Part shown: piece by piece, positions 9,310 to 23,093 of the stretch
Layout: every line of letters begins with the position of its first letter
Position numbering within the stretch: the stretch's first letter is position 1
Source of the DNA: Klebsormidium nitens
Lineage: Eukaryota; Plantae; Klebsormidiophyceae
NCBI GenBank assembly: GCA_000708835.1
Contig: DF237400.1
Span: 1 to 64,000 of the forward strand
Direction of reading: 5' to 3'
Length of the DNA: 64,000 nucleotides
Program-made: the position numbers and the translations under genes
Notes under the pieces: model-generated
What the model saw: only the letters and a program-made list of their open reading frames with translations
Databases searched by the model: none
What the model was told of the DNA's origin: nothing

Positions 9310-12182
9310 TTATCCCACTTCGTTTCTATCCTGGTCGTTCATAGGAGGACGACTTTGCCCAGCTTGAGCAGCGGGGCCGTTACGGTGACCCCCACTTGAC
9401 ACTGCCGCCTGCTTCGAATGCTCCCCCTTCGACCGCGGCGGGGGGCACCGATTTAAGTCCAACAAACTCTGCGCGCCACAAAAGGTAAGAGCACGGTCAA
9501 TGCACGCCCGGGATTTCAAGATTGAAAGTCGGTGGAATGAGCATCTTGATGACGTGCCCTTAGCAATGCACTTGATGCATGCGACACAAGCCAGTCTCTG
9601 TTGTGCAACAAAATGAAAGGCGGCGAAGCACAAACGGCACCCACGACAGAAGGAAACAGCCAGGTCTAGCCAGGATGCATCAACAAAGACCATCTTGACA
9701 CAGTGTGCAGATTGGTTCCCATTTTGTCGGACCTAAATCGGACTGCAGGCCGGCATCCATACCTAACGCCTCAGCAAACGGGCGGCATCCAGCTTCCTCG
9801 GATACTGACACATTGAATCGAACTTAGGACTGCGAGCAGACTCGAGGACAACGGTGGTGTTGATGTTGTGCTACACGGCGGGCGGCCAAGTTCACAGAAG
9901 TCCCCTACCTGTTTGCTCGTGTCGGCATCGCCGGAAGGCTCACCCCCAATGGCCGTCGCCATGGCCGTGCCCGAGCTGTCCGCCACACGCGCCTCCCGCA
10001 TCTGCAGGAATCGACGAAACAGTCCCTTACTAACAGGTCACGAGATCCACGCATCGTCCATTCCCCGACGTCTAGAAAATACAGGCAGCTTGTTAACTTT
10101 ATGGTCTCATCACAGATGCAGCCTGATTTCAAAGGGTTGTGAGTGCTGGGGAAAAGAAGGTCGGGCATCAAAGCTCCAAGTCAAATCGGCTGCTCCTGCG
10201 CAAAGAAGGTGCTTGTAAACACAATGCAAGCTCGAATCTGCCGTTTATGACACAGGGCTCGACGTTGCTTCAATGCACATAAGGCACACAAGGCTAGAGC
10301 TGCGGGCCAATCATGTGACGCACAACCCAGTATGACGTCGACAGCGGCTTTGAAAGATTAAGAAACGAGCAGAAAACCATGATTTGAGGAAGGCGTCTTT
10401 CGGCCGCACCTCCTCGTCTGGCTTGCCGTGACGATGGCTGGGGTGTGCGTTCCCGTTCTGGTGAAGCCGCTGCTCCTGGAGGACGGGCACCTTGTCGCCG
10501 CCCTCCGGCTTACCCGGGGCCATGGGGATCTACAACGAGGAGAAAAAACGAAAATGACTGGGAGCGAAAGCGCATCACTTTAGATAAGAGCAGCTGCACC
10601 GCTCCGCTCGCGCATCGGCGCTTCGCAAGAACGCATGTATGATCTGATCCTACTGATCCTTCTGAGAGGTAGTCAAGTTGCTAGTGCCAGCTTGGTTCCA
10701 ACCCCGATGTATCAACCCAGACAGCCCGGAATGGACTGTCCGCGATAAGTTTTGACATACTGTTTGATCCCCGTTTAATATGCAAAGAGGATTGCCCGAC
10801 ACATCGTCTTGCACAAATGAGCATTCCGAAGTTCTAACTTGTGCCGGCCCTGTAGATTCACCAATTGGTGAAAGGTGGGTTTGGTTTACAAGGCTCTTAA
10901 GAACTCTAAGAACACCTTGACTAATATAGCAAAGGTGCTACAAAGCGTTTTGCCAAAGGATCAGGAAAGTCAGTGCATTGGCCCATGCGCCATACCTCGA
11001 CACGCTGGCCCATGAGGAGGAAGCGCTCGTGCAGCTTCTTTCCTGCGCTGCTGTGAACGTCCATGTCGCACTGGAGGCAGAGCGACGTGCCGTCGATCTC
11101 ACAGTAAAAGTAGGCTGCACGCAACAGCACCAGAGGTCAAATAAGCCCCAGCCCAGCCCATTGATGCCTCGCCTTCGCTTTGTGCACTCTGACAGACAGG
11201 CTTCAAAGATGCCCCCCGCTTGAGAAGCCAGCAATACATTCCCACGTGCAAAAGTAAGGGCAAGGCAAGCGCTGCGTGCTTTTCAAACAATCCACGATGG
11301 GGCAATAGCGAGAATGCCGGTCCAAAGCGTTCTCCGAGAAGAAGGGTGCCCCCCTTCTTTGAAGACCACTCATGATGCACACTGAGTCTTGATGAAGGAG
11401 GATTATATCTATCATTTACTTAAGCAATTCGCCTAGTTAGTTTGTGCCCTTCAACATCTTCGGTACAGGGCAGATGACTCACCGGGGGCTTTCTCGCAGA
11501 CATCGCAGCTTGGGACTGCTCGGGCCTCGGCTAGCTCCAGGCGGACGTGCCGGCTCGCCAGCTTGTTGCATCCATGGACCTACACGCAGAGCGACCCACC
11601 AAGCGTTAAGCCTGCCTCAGCAGCCAGACAGAGCCTGCCGCCATCACCAAGAGACGACAAGGCAGCCGTACCGGCGACCACAACAAAGTTGCGGCTACGT
11701 GAGTGGGGGCGAAATGCAAGCGGAAGACAGACTCAAACTCGACTGCCCTCTCCGCGACATCATGCACAAAAGGCAAACTTGCAATGACGTTGTGCCGACC
11801 ACAAACAATCCAAATGGCCTGCTTTCTGAATACTGCTGATGCCCTCCCGATGGCCTTCAGATGAAGTACCAAATGAAGGATTCTTGAGCTCCAGCGAAGC
11901 AGGAGTCACATCGCAAGCACATATAATCTTAGCTTACGATGTACGAACTTGGGCATCTAGATACATTCCAGAACCTTCTCATGGAGGCGGAAGCCATAAT
12001 CAAACTTTCTCTGCCCTTCTTTCCACAAGCTGTGTGCAATCCAAGGGGCACACTTTCTAAGGTGCAGGGCCAACCATTAATCGTCCCACCTTTTCATCGC
12101 ATGGTCGACAAAGTGCAGCTTCGTCAGCAGCACAAAACAGGAGGGCCGGGGCGGCCTCACACACATCACAAAGTGCCCGCAT
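9310..12182 (-). CDS. BBX19: Double B-box zinc-finger protein, BBX18/BBX19 (group IV) type
   Basis: Exons 12090-12182 ([31 protein letters not shown]), 11483-11579 ([32 protein letters not shown]), 10996-11114 ([20 protein letters not shown]...[12 protein letters not shown]), 10410-10529, 9909-10001, 9310-9468 (SLLDLN, EAR-like motif). All GT-AG and phase-consistent. Confidence 0.9.
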
Positions 12183-13151
12183 CAGTACAATCTGGTGTCG
12201 ACCTGGTGCCTCAAAAGGAGAGCCCCTGCAATTCTGGTGGGTTTGAGTCCTTGGCTGCCCCTAAACCTTGGTAGAAAGGCACATCCTGCCGGCTGGGTTC
12301 ACACGAGCGCACCCATTAAAAAGCTTCGGCTACTCCGAACTTTTTGCTCAGCCTGCTGCAGAGTATTTTTTGCACACGTTGCTTCGCATTCTCTTATACT
12401 ATGTTCTCTAATGTACACATTTCCGCTTTGCATCCGACTGCCGTAGTAAACCAACGAGACCCTGTCAACTTGAGGGCACCTAGGTACTTAGAGAAAGTGC
12501 GATTGCCCCTGGTCCTGATCATGTGATTCATGAACGCTCTCTTCCTCTGCCACTGGACCCTGGCATCCTTTGCACACGCTAAGCTGCTCTTCCTTCTCCA
12601 GTTCATGAGCAATAGCTCGGCATGGTCACCGATGATGGTGTATCCGAGGTCAGCTTGAGGAATATAGGAGACCCGCTAATAGGTATATAAGTTTGAAGAC
12701 TATGATTTGTCAACGGTAATTGCGGGTTCCTTTCCGGGCCCGGTATCGGCTCCTAAGAAGACGCGGCCGCTAATATATTGCTTCGGAAATTGCATATTCG
12801 CACCTCTAAGTAGCCAGAGGATTACATTTATAAGCCACCTGCGAGACACCGATCGAGAGTTTCTTACTAATACGAGTACGAAAGAAGGAACCTGGGTCGT
12901 TTGGAAGGTTGGGGCGTCGCTTGGCAGAAGGCAGCGCCAGGGTGCTTATAAGTTCAAGCGACATTAGCAAGAGCTGCTATTGTGGGAGCTGGTGCAGGGC
13001 TTCTCGTGCTACCCTCAGGGTCAAGGCAGCCAAGAGTCCTGGCAAACACCACCTCCATCAGGTTTAGGAAGTTTTAGGGCTCTGGCGAAAGTTTTTTCAA
13101 TTCTAGGAAGTTCGCTGAGTTCCTCAAAAGCATTCCTTGGGAAGGTTCAGC

Positions 13152-16100
13152 ATGGCCCTGTCCTGCAGGCTGCTCCCCTCCCATAGTCTGGCGCATGCGT
13201 GTCCCCGCGCGCAGTATGATAGGACTCAGTCGGTGGGGACAGGTGGGAGGGTGCCGGGGGTTGCACCGTTGCTGAGAAGCAATTTTGTGTCTCCTTACGT
13301 GAGCAGCTCAATGCAGAGTCAGTTTGCTGGGAGCAATCCGTCACTCGCAAAGCGATGCCAGCAGAGGAGGCCCAGCAGCAAGAGGGCCGTCCGGGGTCCG
13401 GTAGAGATGGTGAGTCCCATTTCTTCTCACCAGTGCAACTTTTGAAAAGTGTCGCTGTAGAATGAAGCCCGCTGCTCTGCGGTCTGGCAGACCTTTACCC
13501 ATTTCCGTCAGTTGCTGCCGATTTGCATCAGCAAATGGTGAAGAGGCGCTAGTGATCATTTGTGCATCGCATGCGGCCTGTTGGTATTCCGTCTTTGCTC
13601 AAGGAGAAACTTATTGCAAAGGTGGTGGCGCCTTTGGGCCGTTTGTCGCAAGTTACAGCATCGGTGATGCGTCCACCGGACTGCTTATGATGGTGTGCAA
13701 GAGCTGGGGCCGCCAGACTCGATGCCAGCCTTCTCATCGATAGGTAGCAGTCCCTGGGTTTCGGTATTAGCAAGCAAGGGTTCGCTCTCGATCTTCTGTA
13801 TCGTGACACTGCCACCTGCTTTTCACCTTGTTGGTGGAGAGCCAGCTACGCGGGGAAGACTCATCTTGACCTTTGACCGCTTCCATGATCCCTATCCCGG
13901 AGGCTGTGCATCATACAAACAGATTGCTCGCAGGTTCCTATTGACAGACTCTGTTTCGAGTCCGCTTGCATTATGATGCGGGGAGCATCAGACGTCAGTC
14001 GGGCCTTCAAACATGAAGCTCACTGAATCATACATTTTTGGTGGCAGGTCATCCCATTCCAACGGGGAGACGCTCTGCAGCAGCCGCCCCCCGACCTCGC
14101 TTCCTACCTCTTCAAGAACCGCATCGTGTACATTGGCATGTCGCTGGTGCCCGCCGTGACGGAGCTCCTGGTGGCCGAGCTGCTGTATCTGCAGTACGAC
14201 GATCCCAAGAAGCCCATTTATATGTATATTAACTCCACTGGAACAACCAAGGTGCGCCGCCAGTGCCAGTCATTTTTTGAGTGTCACAGTGGTTGGTTTT
14301 CCATAATTGTCTCAGATTCGATGATTAGTGACGCCGGGATTGGAAAAGAAGTAGCGATTGTCGACCTAGCTAAGTCTGAAGTAGGTTAATTAAGCTTGCC
14401 TGAACGATGCAGGAAAGGGACAAGCAATCCGTTCCCTTGGAATCTTTAGAAAATTTATGATTCGGCTCCGTGCGACCTTTCGGTGAAGCGGTTTCGTCCT
14501 TTACATTGTTGTGGATACTCCCATACTGACAACCATGTGTCCAAATACCAATCAGCTTTGATCACTTGCAGCTTGAGTTGATGTTTCATTGTGATGGTTG
14601 CAGGATGGAGAGAAGTTGGGCTACGAGACAGAGGCGTTTGCCATATACGACACCATGATGTAAGTCTTGGGCTTTACAGCAGCTTACATTCCTTCTTGAC
14701 CACTTGTCACTCACAGTTGACTCCTGCCATCTATGCTTCAGCAACGATTGCTTAGATTAATGCGAGTCAGACTCCCTCCGTCAAGATGATCGACAGATCT
14801 GCGTGACCAAAGCATAGAGGGAATCATTTTCTGGAAGTATTTCCACATTTGCACTAGAAGAAGGCCATCTTTTCTTAGGGCCGGCCGCTGAACCCTTTTC
14901 AATGCACCAGGTATGTGAAGAACCAGATCTACACTCTGGCAGTGGGCAGTGCGTGGGGTGAGGCGGCTTTCTTGCTGGCAGCTGGCGCAAAAGGCAACCG
15001 GGCAGCGCTGCCGTCAGCCACAATCATGATTAAGCAGGTGAGGACGTTTGTCGAATAAAGCCTGCAGTGATGTTTAAAGGCAGGAAAAAAGAAGCTGAAG
15101 GTCAATCTGCCCAACTCAGATCCGGAGTTGTCTAGTACTTGAAACCTGAAGCGTCCACCCGGTTGCAAAGATTTGAGCTTAGAGTTCTCAATTCACAGAT
15201 GCTTGACAATTTTTAGGACAAACTGAAGTGAAAAGGAGAAACGATTTCGGCTGTGCCTCTGAGAAACAACGTTCTGTTCCAATCCCAACCGCACACTTTG
15301 ATCTCGAATCTACGGATCTTCTCGAAACTGGTCCGGGTCGAATTGAAGTTCGGCGGCACCATCAACAGGAAACAAGGTACTGCTTTGCACGATGATGCAT
15401 GATATCTGAGTGATATCTGACTTCGGAGGCACTCTGTGTCGTGCGCAGCCAGTCGCCCAGTTCCAGGGGCAGGCCACCGACATTGACAACCAGCGGAAGG
15501 AGGTGCGGCGGACAAAGAACCAGCTGGTGAGGAGGAACCTTTGAGGCGCTGGAAAAGTTTCTAGAGGGCTACTTGGAACTCTAAGTGGCCCCAGAGAAAG
15601 TGGGCAGGGAAAATTGGAGACGGAGCTCCGAGTGGAGTATTTGAGTGTGACTGGAAGTCTGCAACTTGTCAGCAGAATGGTCTGAGTACGTAGTGTTCGG
15701 ATTCTCAATTAAGCGGTTGTTGACTAGCCAGAAAACGCACGCTCCCAAGTTGTCGAGGCGTTTATGTTGTCATTCTTGGGTTCTTACGCCGTACAAGAAC
15801 CTGGGGGGGTTGGATGGAGGGAAAAGAATCCTGCAGTATCTGAAACGAGTTTTCGTCGTATCATCAAGAATGTTTGCTCAAGGCTAGCACGGGGAGCGTC
15901 TGAGCTTTTCCTGGCGATAAAGTAAGGAGACTGCCAATGACGTTGTGGCTCAGAAAGCTTATAACGGATGACGCTACGTGGGTGGGTACTCAGACACTTT
16001 GGATATCCGCAGATTGAAATTTTAGCGAAACATACGAGGCACACCCCGGAGGAGATCGACCTGGCCATCTCGCGGCCAAAATACATGAGCCCACAACAAG

Positions 16101-16600
16101 CGGTGGAGTTCAACATCATCGACAAGGTAAAGCAGCCTTCCTAAGCCACCACGACCATGTCGTCGTGCCTTGAAGATTAAATACGAAGGTCGTGTATGCC
16201 GATTTTCGTACTGCTTGTTTCCTTTGTTATAAAGAATGAAACATCCCCTCATGTGGGTTGTCCAACCGACTCGTGATGTACTCCTCTCCAATGACGCCAA
16301 ACTTGTCAAGTTCGTCCGCAACGGGGCAAGATTCCTTTTGGGCTTGTTGGTGTGTTTTGCCCCGTTATCGAGCCTGAATCGTGTCACGATTATCCAGAGT
16401 TTGTGGAAAGTGTTTGAGCCAATATTTCTCAAATCAGCATCTGCAGAATACACCCTGCAGGCGAGGCGTCTTGCTGAGGCTGCTATTTATTTTTATCACT
16501 GATGCCGGATGTCTGATTATCCCAGGTTATTGACCCAAAGAACCAAGCCAAGGGGGATGGCGTGGTGGAATCACTCCGGAGATCGCGACTGCCTACGTGA
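13152..16600 (+). CDS. CLPR4: Plastid ATP-dependent Clp protease non-catalytic subunit ClpR4
   Basis: Exons 13152-13409 (transit-peptide-like), 14048-14251, 14604-14659, 14911-15037, 15449-15526, 16013-16126, 16526-16600. PPPDLASYLFKNRIVYIGMSLVP..., YINSTGTTKDGEKLGYETEAFAIYDTM. GSAWGEAA and IMIKQP lack the catalytic Ser and His, as expected for ClpR. Confidence 0.95.
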
Positions 16601-17759
16601 GCTTTGGGCTGTTGGTCGCGCTTGGATCTAGGAACATTTGCAGGTATCCGAACCTTCTTTACCCAACTTATTGAACAGCCCTTGCCTATACTTGGACCCG
16701 GAAAACGAGTGCACAGAAGCCTCGTGCCAAATTGACTTGCAGTTGGAGGTTGTGGCATAGGATACGGTGAGATTCAACGGAAGAAAAGTGCGCTTGAATA
16801 GATACCGTACACAGACTTGAGACACAGTGTGCCCGCACCCAATATAATCTGGACATCTGATTGTCGCCATTGCTTCCTTACGCACTCTGGAAGACTGATT
16901 GGTTGTAGGCCTGAGCTTTCCCTGCCGGGATCATTCGTGGCCCAGAATTCTTGCACGTTGGCATGACCCCAGCAGGACATGGTTGCATGCCCCAGGTGTC
17001 GTTACTCACCCGATCACTTGTGCCACTCACAAAAGTTCCGTCATTGCACTGTGGCATAATCGGAAGTCGGGGGCAACACATGATGTGGCCAATTAGACTC
17101 ATGCATGCAAACTCGTGGTCGATATCGACATATGAAGTAAGTTCTACTAAATATAACCGGACCATGCCAATATGGGATTGTTGGCCGATCGCAACTCGTT
17201 GGTCACGTTGCTGGGCCACCAGCATCGCTCCATTTTGATGTCACATTGAATAGCTGCCCGCCTGGCAATATATATGGGTTCAACGCAAAGTTGAAGCCTG
17301 CTTGCAGAACTGGACAGCGAGCTGCCCAGTAGTAGCCCCGCCGCTGAGCACTAAGGCATGCTTAAGCATTTGCACCCGCCAAGGCAGGATCAAGGGATCA
17401 TAACACTGATGAGAAAATTGCAGCCAGGCGGCAATCTATGCTGAGGAACTGCGAGATTCCGATCAAGCTTTCGATTTGCTGCATGCATTCATGATTGAAC
17501 CTTATCTTTGCAAGCGCTGATAAGGGTCTATTCGCACGGCGCCCTGTCCGTTCTGGGGGCCAGCTGCAACCACATAGACGATTGACAGGGCGGCCTGCTT
17601 ATGGTCGGTAGCCCCTCTGGCATCACAAGGTAAAACTCCACGTTGAGCTGGCAATATTGAAAGTGTCGACTGAAAATATTTATGCGACTTGGCACCAAAG
17701 CGAAGCCGCTTGAAGGAAGCCCTGCAAAATTGTAGCCATGTCGACAACCTCTATCACTC

Positions 17760-19125
17760 TTAACTAATTTGTTCTAGCCCCTTGACTGCCTGGATAGTTG
17801 ATGCAAGTTTGTGGACGAGATCAAGAAGCTGCAACCAAAGACCAATACGGTGTCAGGACATGAAGCTTGAAGCAGATTTTGACGGCCGTCGTCATGATCA
17901 AGTACCACTGATCTATCCCACCACTTGGTTGTACGAAGTGAGTGCAGCCCAGTTCTCAAGGTCCAACAAAGAAACAAAACAAACACAAACGTTTCATGCA
18001 CTGTCAACCAGTTGTTGACTTGACGTGCGACATGAGGTGATCGGAACGAAGCGCACTGACCTGAGTAAGCTCTTCTGAGTCTCGACATTCTTGAATGGCC
18101 TCCCGGCACTCCTGCAAAGTAGCGTACATTAAGAACGACAAACCCAATATAGTCCTCTCGCAACAAGTGAAGCAGGACGATTTTACAGGCATGGGACATT
18201 TGGATACATCACAAGCAAAACATTCCGTTATCCCTGCTGACCCACAAATGTGCGCATATGCTTAATGTCTGCAACTCAACCTAAAGAATGAGGAGCCTCA
18301 GGAAGTGTGCTGGCTGAAAGGTTTGTTTGTAGTCTTGGCGCACCTCTACTTTGGTGACCAGGCTTGATTGCAGCGTCCGTGCGGCACTCTGCAGGTTGGT
18401 CGCTCCAGCTGCCGCCTGCACAACACAAGTGTACTCAGAATTTGCATACTGTGCAAAGCACCACCTCACCATCGCACTTCATTCATATCCGCTCCAGTGA
18501 GAGATCAATAACCGGAAAATACTCTACACTTTCAAGGTCAGGCAACACGGTGTCACGTTGAAGAAGGCCAAAATTTTTAGGCCCTTACATGGTTTGGCAG
18601 CTGGGTAGTCAGGGCCGAGTCAGTTGCCTGCCGCTTCGCCTCGCGCCCCTCCTCCCCCACGTTACCCTCCATTGCGGCCTCTCTCGCCACTTCCGGAGAT
18701 GTTTTCCGCTTCGGGGTGGCTGCCTGGCCCGCCCCACCCTCCCTCTCCACACTTGGCCCCGCCGGCTCGGTGGCAGTCTGCTGGCTTTCGTCCACCACGC
18801 GCATATCGCACGCCACGCACCACAGCTGGCGCTGCCTGTCGCGCATGATGGGTGAGTAGCACTGGGGGCAGCTCATGTCGAGCATGGCCCACCCCTGCAG
18901 CATCCGCTGACCAATCAGTGCAGACGCACGGTCCATCTGTGCAGCGCGCTGCCGCCGCTGCTCCTCTGCTGCGAGGTCTTCCTCCATCGGGGCCGCTATC
19001 CCATTTGCCACCTGCCCATTTGCCCCCGGCCCATCCGCCACCAGTCCGTTTGCCTCCCGCGGGGAATTCAGCTCCAGCCCCCCGAGACCGCCAATGGCGT
19101 CTATGCGGTCCTCTAAGCCCGGCAT
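17760..19125 (-). CDS. SSSCA1: Sjogren syndrome/scleroderma autoantigen 1 family zinc-ribbon protein (Auto_anti-p27)
   Basis: Exons 18661-19125, 18344-18388, 18061-18111, 17760-17828. ASALIGQRMLQGWAMLDMSCPQCYSPIMRDRQRQLWCVAC is the family zinc ribbon; the C-terminus is helical (LLDLVHKLASTIQAVKGLE). Confidence 0.88.
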
Positions 19126-19657
19126 TCTGCGAGCCTGCTTGCAATCACAGCTGATAGACAGCCCTGCTTTCCTCGCCCCTCCTCCTCCTGTCTCCCTTCC
19201 TCTCTATCCTCCGGAGTGTACTATAATTAACTACTAGTCTCAGAGCACTTTTCTTGATCCTGATTCTTGAATGTGCTGCACGTTTCTGGTTGAAGGCACG
19301 GTCAGGAAAACCATGGCTGCGCCGAGCCGGTTTACTTGCTCGGTGACATCAGACAAAGACACTAAAGGAGACCTCGGAAGGAAATATTGCTCGGCGTTGT
19401 GAAGCTGGTGTCATGAAGGCTGCCTTTCGAAGCGCCGTGGCAAGAAGCGGGCGCTGACTTCAAAGTTCAAACCATTGCAAACCCCGACGGCGACAGGCGA
19501 ACCATTGAAACAAAGCCTGCACTCTTCTCGTACATACCTAGAGCCTAGAGGCTAGTGCTTGAGACTCTGAAGAAAAGAGGGAGCGTTCAGGGCGCTCAAT
19601 TGAACCAGGAGGTGCCCGATTACATCTGTTTTTCAGGAACTCCGAGGCCCTTCCACC

Positions 19658-22600
19658 ATGTTTCTCACCAGGTAAGAGGATTTACTGCAATTTAACTGCT
19701 GTGCTAGAGCTAACTCGATGCGACAATTCACAAAGTTGGTCGTTTACTAAACGGCTGTGCTTGGCGCCATGTCTCAGATTAGCATCCGGTATCCAAAGCA
19801 ATGGAATTGTCTTACCTAAGATGGTTGTTACAAAATCTGTAGAGGTCGATCACAGGACCTGACCTATCAGCAACCTGTGACCTGACCCTATTGGGCGATT
19901 ACGAATCATAGAAGCTGGTTCCGAGGGGATCGAGTTCTGTGAATCGAGCATATTGCGATGAAAACAAATATGTCTGGGCTTCTGTTAGTTGACGCTTGGT
20001 GTATGAGCGCTCTCAGACTGCTGCAGAGGCGTATGACAATTGGTACTTTCACATAGAGAGGTAATAGAAGGGTCGCAACGCCTCTCATTGAGCATGTTGT
20101 GGACCGTGCAGGAGTGAATATGATCGCGGCGTCAACACCTTCTCTCCGGAAGGGCGGCTCTTTCAAGTGGAGTACGCTATAGAAGCCATCAAAGTAAGTG
20201 ATGATTCTTGGGGTGATCAATTAAGTAGACTGTGGTTGCCCTGAATGCGATTGGTGCACTAAGACTATCTTCACCGTCAGCTCACCTTGAATGATCTTGC
20301 AGCTCTGCTTCTTTAATCCTCATTCTCGTCTGTGTGCAGCTGGGGTCCACTGCTGTGGGTGTGGCTACCAAGGAGGGGGTCATTCTGGCGGTGGAGAAGC
20401 GCATCACGTCACCCCTGCTGGTAAGTGCAGCCAATTGCAGCTTCCCCTAAGAACCAGGCAATTTGTGAGGATGATTACATAGGCGCTCTGCATCAAGGTC
20501 TGTTGCTCGGTGCTCAAGGATCAGGCGGTTTCCATGCTCATATTACTCTGATTGCGACTTGGGGTTTCTCAGTGACTTGGGGTTTCTCAGTCTCCATATC
20601 TATGAATACTGTCAGAGCCTAGTATCATAGTATGTAGTGGTTGGTTATCTGCAGGAGCCCCGGAGTATTGAGAAGGTGATGGAGATTGATGAGCACATTG
20701 GGTGTGCCATGAGCGGGCTCACTGCTGACGCCAGGACTCTCATCGACCATGCCAGAGCGGAGACCCAGGTCAGACTTTCTCTCCCGCTCCATAAGCAACT
20801 GCAGGATAGGGAAATTGCCCTCATTTGTTGGGATTGCCCACTCGCTCAAGGTCGCCACTGAGGTTGCTTCCTTAGAATCTCCTAAGTGCGCTCTTTTGAA
20901 AACCTCCAAGGCACTTGAGACTGGTACTGTCCCCGCCTTGGATAGCATCACATGACAACCCGATCACTTGCGTTTCCACAATATGACGCAGTGGCGTCTT
21001 TGCAAATCATCGATCATTGCTTGGCGCAAGTGTTCATGTCGATACGGGAAACCTGTAAGGCTTTGCGATGTGGTCACCAATGTCAGTGAGCTGTGCTGAA
21101 GACTGGTGGCTGTGTTGTGCAGAGCCATCGGTTCACGTACAACGAGCCCATGACGGTGGAGTCCTGCACGCAGTCCCTCTGTGACCTGGCGCTGCGCTTT
21201 GGAGAGGATGGGGAGGACTCCATGGTGAGAGATGTGCTGCGATGTTGGTCTGTTTGGTTTTCCGGCTTTGATTGCGAAATGGTTGCCTGCTTGGTAATAG
21301 TACACAAGAAAGTTTCTGGAAATGCATTAGGTTATCAACGTGTGTCTGGGTTTGAAGCCTCTACAAAGTATGTCATATCCAAAATGTCCGGCAATAGTAA
21401 GGCTTCTGAGTCATTGCGAGTCATTGTGTGCTGGCTAACCATTTAGTGTTCCCCTTTTTGTCCTTCTGCTGACCAGCCTTTCCCCGCTTTACTTTCTCTG
21501 TGCAGAGCCGTCCGTTTGGGGTGGCGTTGCTCATTGCGGGCTGGGACGAGAGCGGCCCCTGCCTGTAAGCTATGGCCCTGACGTCCTTAGCAGTGTTTCG
21601 TGCAGTTGTATGGTCACAGTCTCTGCTTGTAGAGCTTCACATGGTGCTGGCTTTCTGGCGTTCGTGGATCCACATACATCGTTTGTTTATGAGGCCATTC
21701 CTCGGGGGGGTCCACGACACGGCCAGGACCGTGAAGAGAAGACTTTTGCTTCTGACAGCCGTTTCTAGCTGGAGACCGCGCCGATTCCTGCCTTGAACTG
21801 CGCTCCTTCTGCAAAGCGTTGATTTCTCTGGCTTGCAGATCGTCGTATTTCAAGTGTTTCTTGGAGATTACTTGGGATGGCTTATTGACAAGCGCAGTCA
21901 TCTTGCTTGCAATCGTGCCCTTGTCTACCAGGCTGCTCTGACGGTCCGAAGTGACCGAGTAATTCTCTGCTTCAAGCTGGCACTGGTTCTCCTAGTGGCT
22001 GTGCGGCCGAGCTGAGCGAGACAAGCTGCCCGTGCTGTGTGCAGGTACCACACGGACCCATCCGGCACATTTGTCAAGTACGAAGCTAAGGCTATCGGCT
22101 CCGGGTCGGAGGGGGCGCAGTCGTCCTTGCAAGAGCACTATAACAAGGTAACGTCGACCGTTTTCGAAAGGTTGCCTTTCAATCTGCGATTGATTGTTTT
22201 TTCCCCTTTACCCTTCGTTTCAAGCGCTCGTTAACTTTGGCAAGCGGTTGGTGTCTATCTGGGCACCATTTAAGAGAGGCCGAGTGCACAAGAAGCATAG
22301 GGACGAGTTGGCACTGCGAGAAAGCTTTGCTGTGAAAGTCGATCCAATAAGTGAGTGCCAGCCACATCGAAGCACGACGGCTACCGTCTGTTATGCTGTT
22401 AGGGAATGATTCAAGGGCCTGCTAGTGCCCTTCACCAGTGACCGCTTGCATTTCCTTCTCTGAGACCTACCTGTATCCTGCTTAGATTTCGGAGAACCAG
22501 TAGAGAGCAGCTCAAGCAGCCGGCCTCTTGTGCCCTGAAACAATTCGCATGTCTTATGGTTGTTGCTTTTCAAGGACACACCGAATGTGCTCTAGCGTTG

Positions 22601-23093
22601 AACCAGAGATTTTTCTGTGCACAGGACCTGACGCTGAAAGAAGGGGAGACGCTGGCGCTGTCCACCTTGAAACAGGTCATGGAGGAGAAGGTGGGAGAAC
22701 TAGTTTCCTTTTCGTCAGCCTCGAGGCGCTCATTTCAGCAGCCGTCAGGGCCTTTGTCTCGATGTTTACTTCTCATCTGATTCTTTGACGACCTTCGTAA
22801 AGGTCCATTTGCGTATTCTTCATTTAAAAGCCGATTATTCCAGACAGCCGTTGTTTCGGGAGAGTTTTTTCCAAGTATGATGCTCATCCGTGCAACCTTC
22901 TGCAACGGAGTCGGACCTTCTGTGAGCATCGGGCAATCCCTCACTTGTGCGTCAAGCTTGTGGTCACATTGTTCTGACCGGAAGGCCTCCTCGTGTCCAG
23001 GTTACGGCTACGAACGTAGATATTGCGATAGTAGCTCCCAAGTTTCATTTGCTGACGGATGAAGAGATTCAAGAGGTTATTGACCGGCTATAA
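19658..23093 (+). CDS. PAE1: 20S proteasome subunit alpha type-5 (237 aa)
   Basis: Exons 19658-19671, 20112-20193, 20340-20420, 20655-20768, 21123-21224, 21506-21564, 22045-22147, 22625-22690, 23001-23093 sum to 714 nt. [39 protein letters not shown]... is the alpha5 signature. Confidence 0.97.
20556..20591. repeat. 18-bp tandem duplication in proteasome alpha5 intron 3
   Basis: GACTTGGGGTTTCTCAGT x2, exact. Confidence 0.95.
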
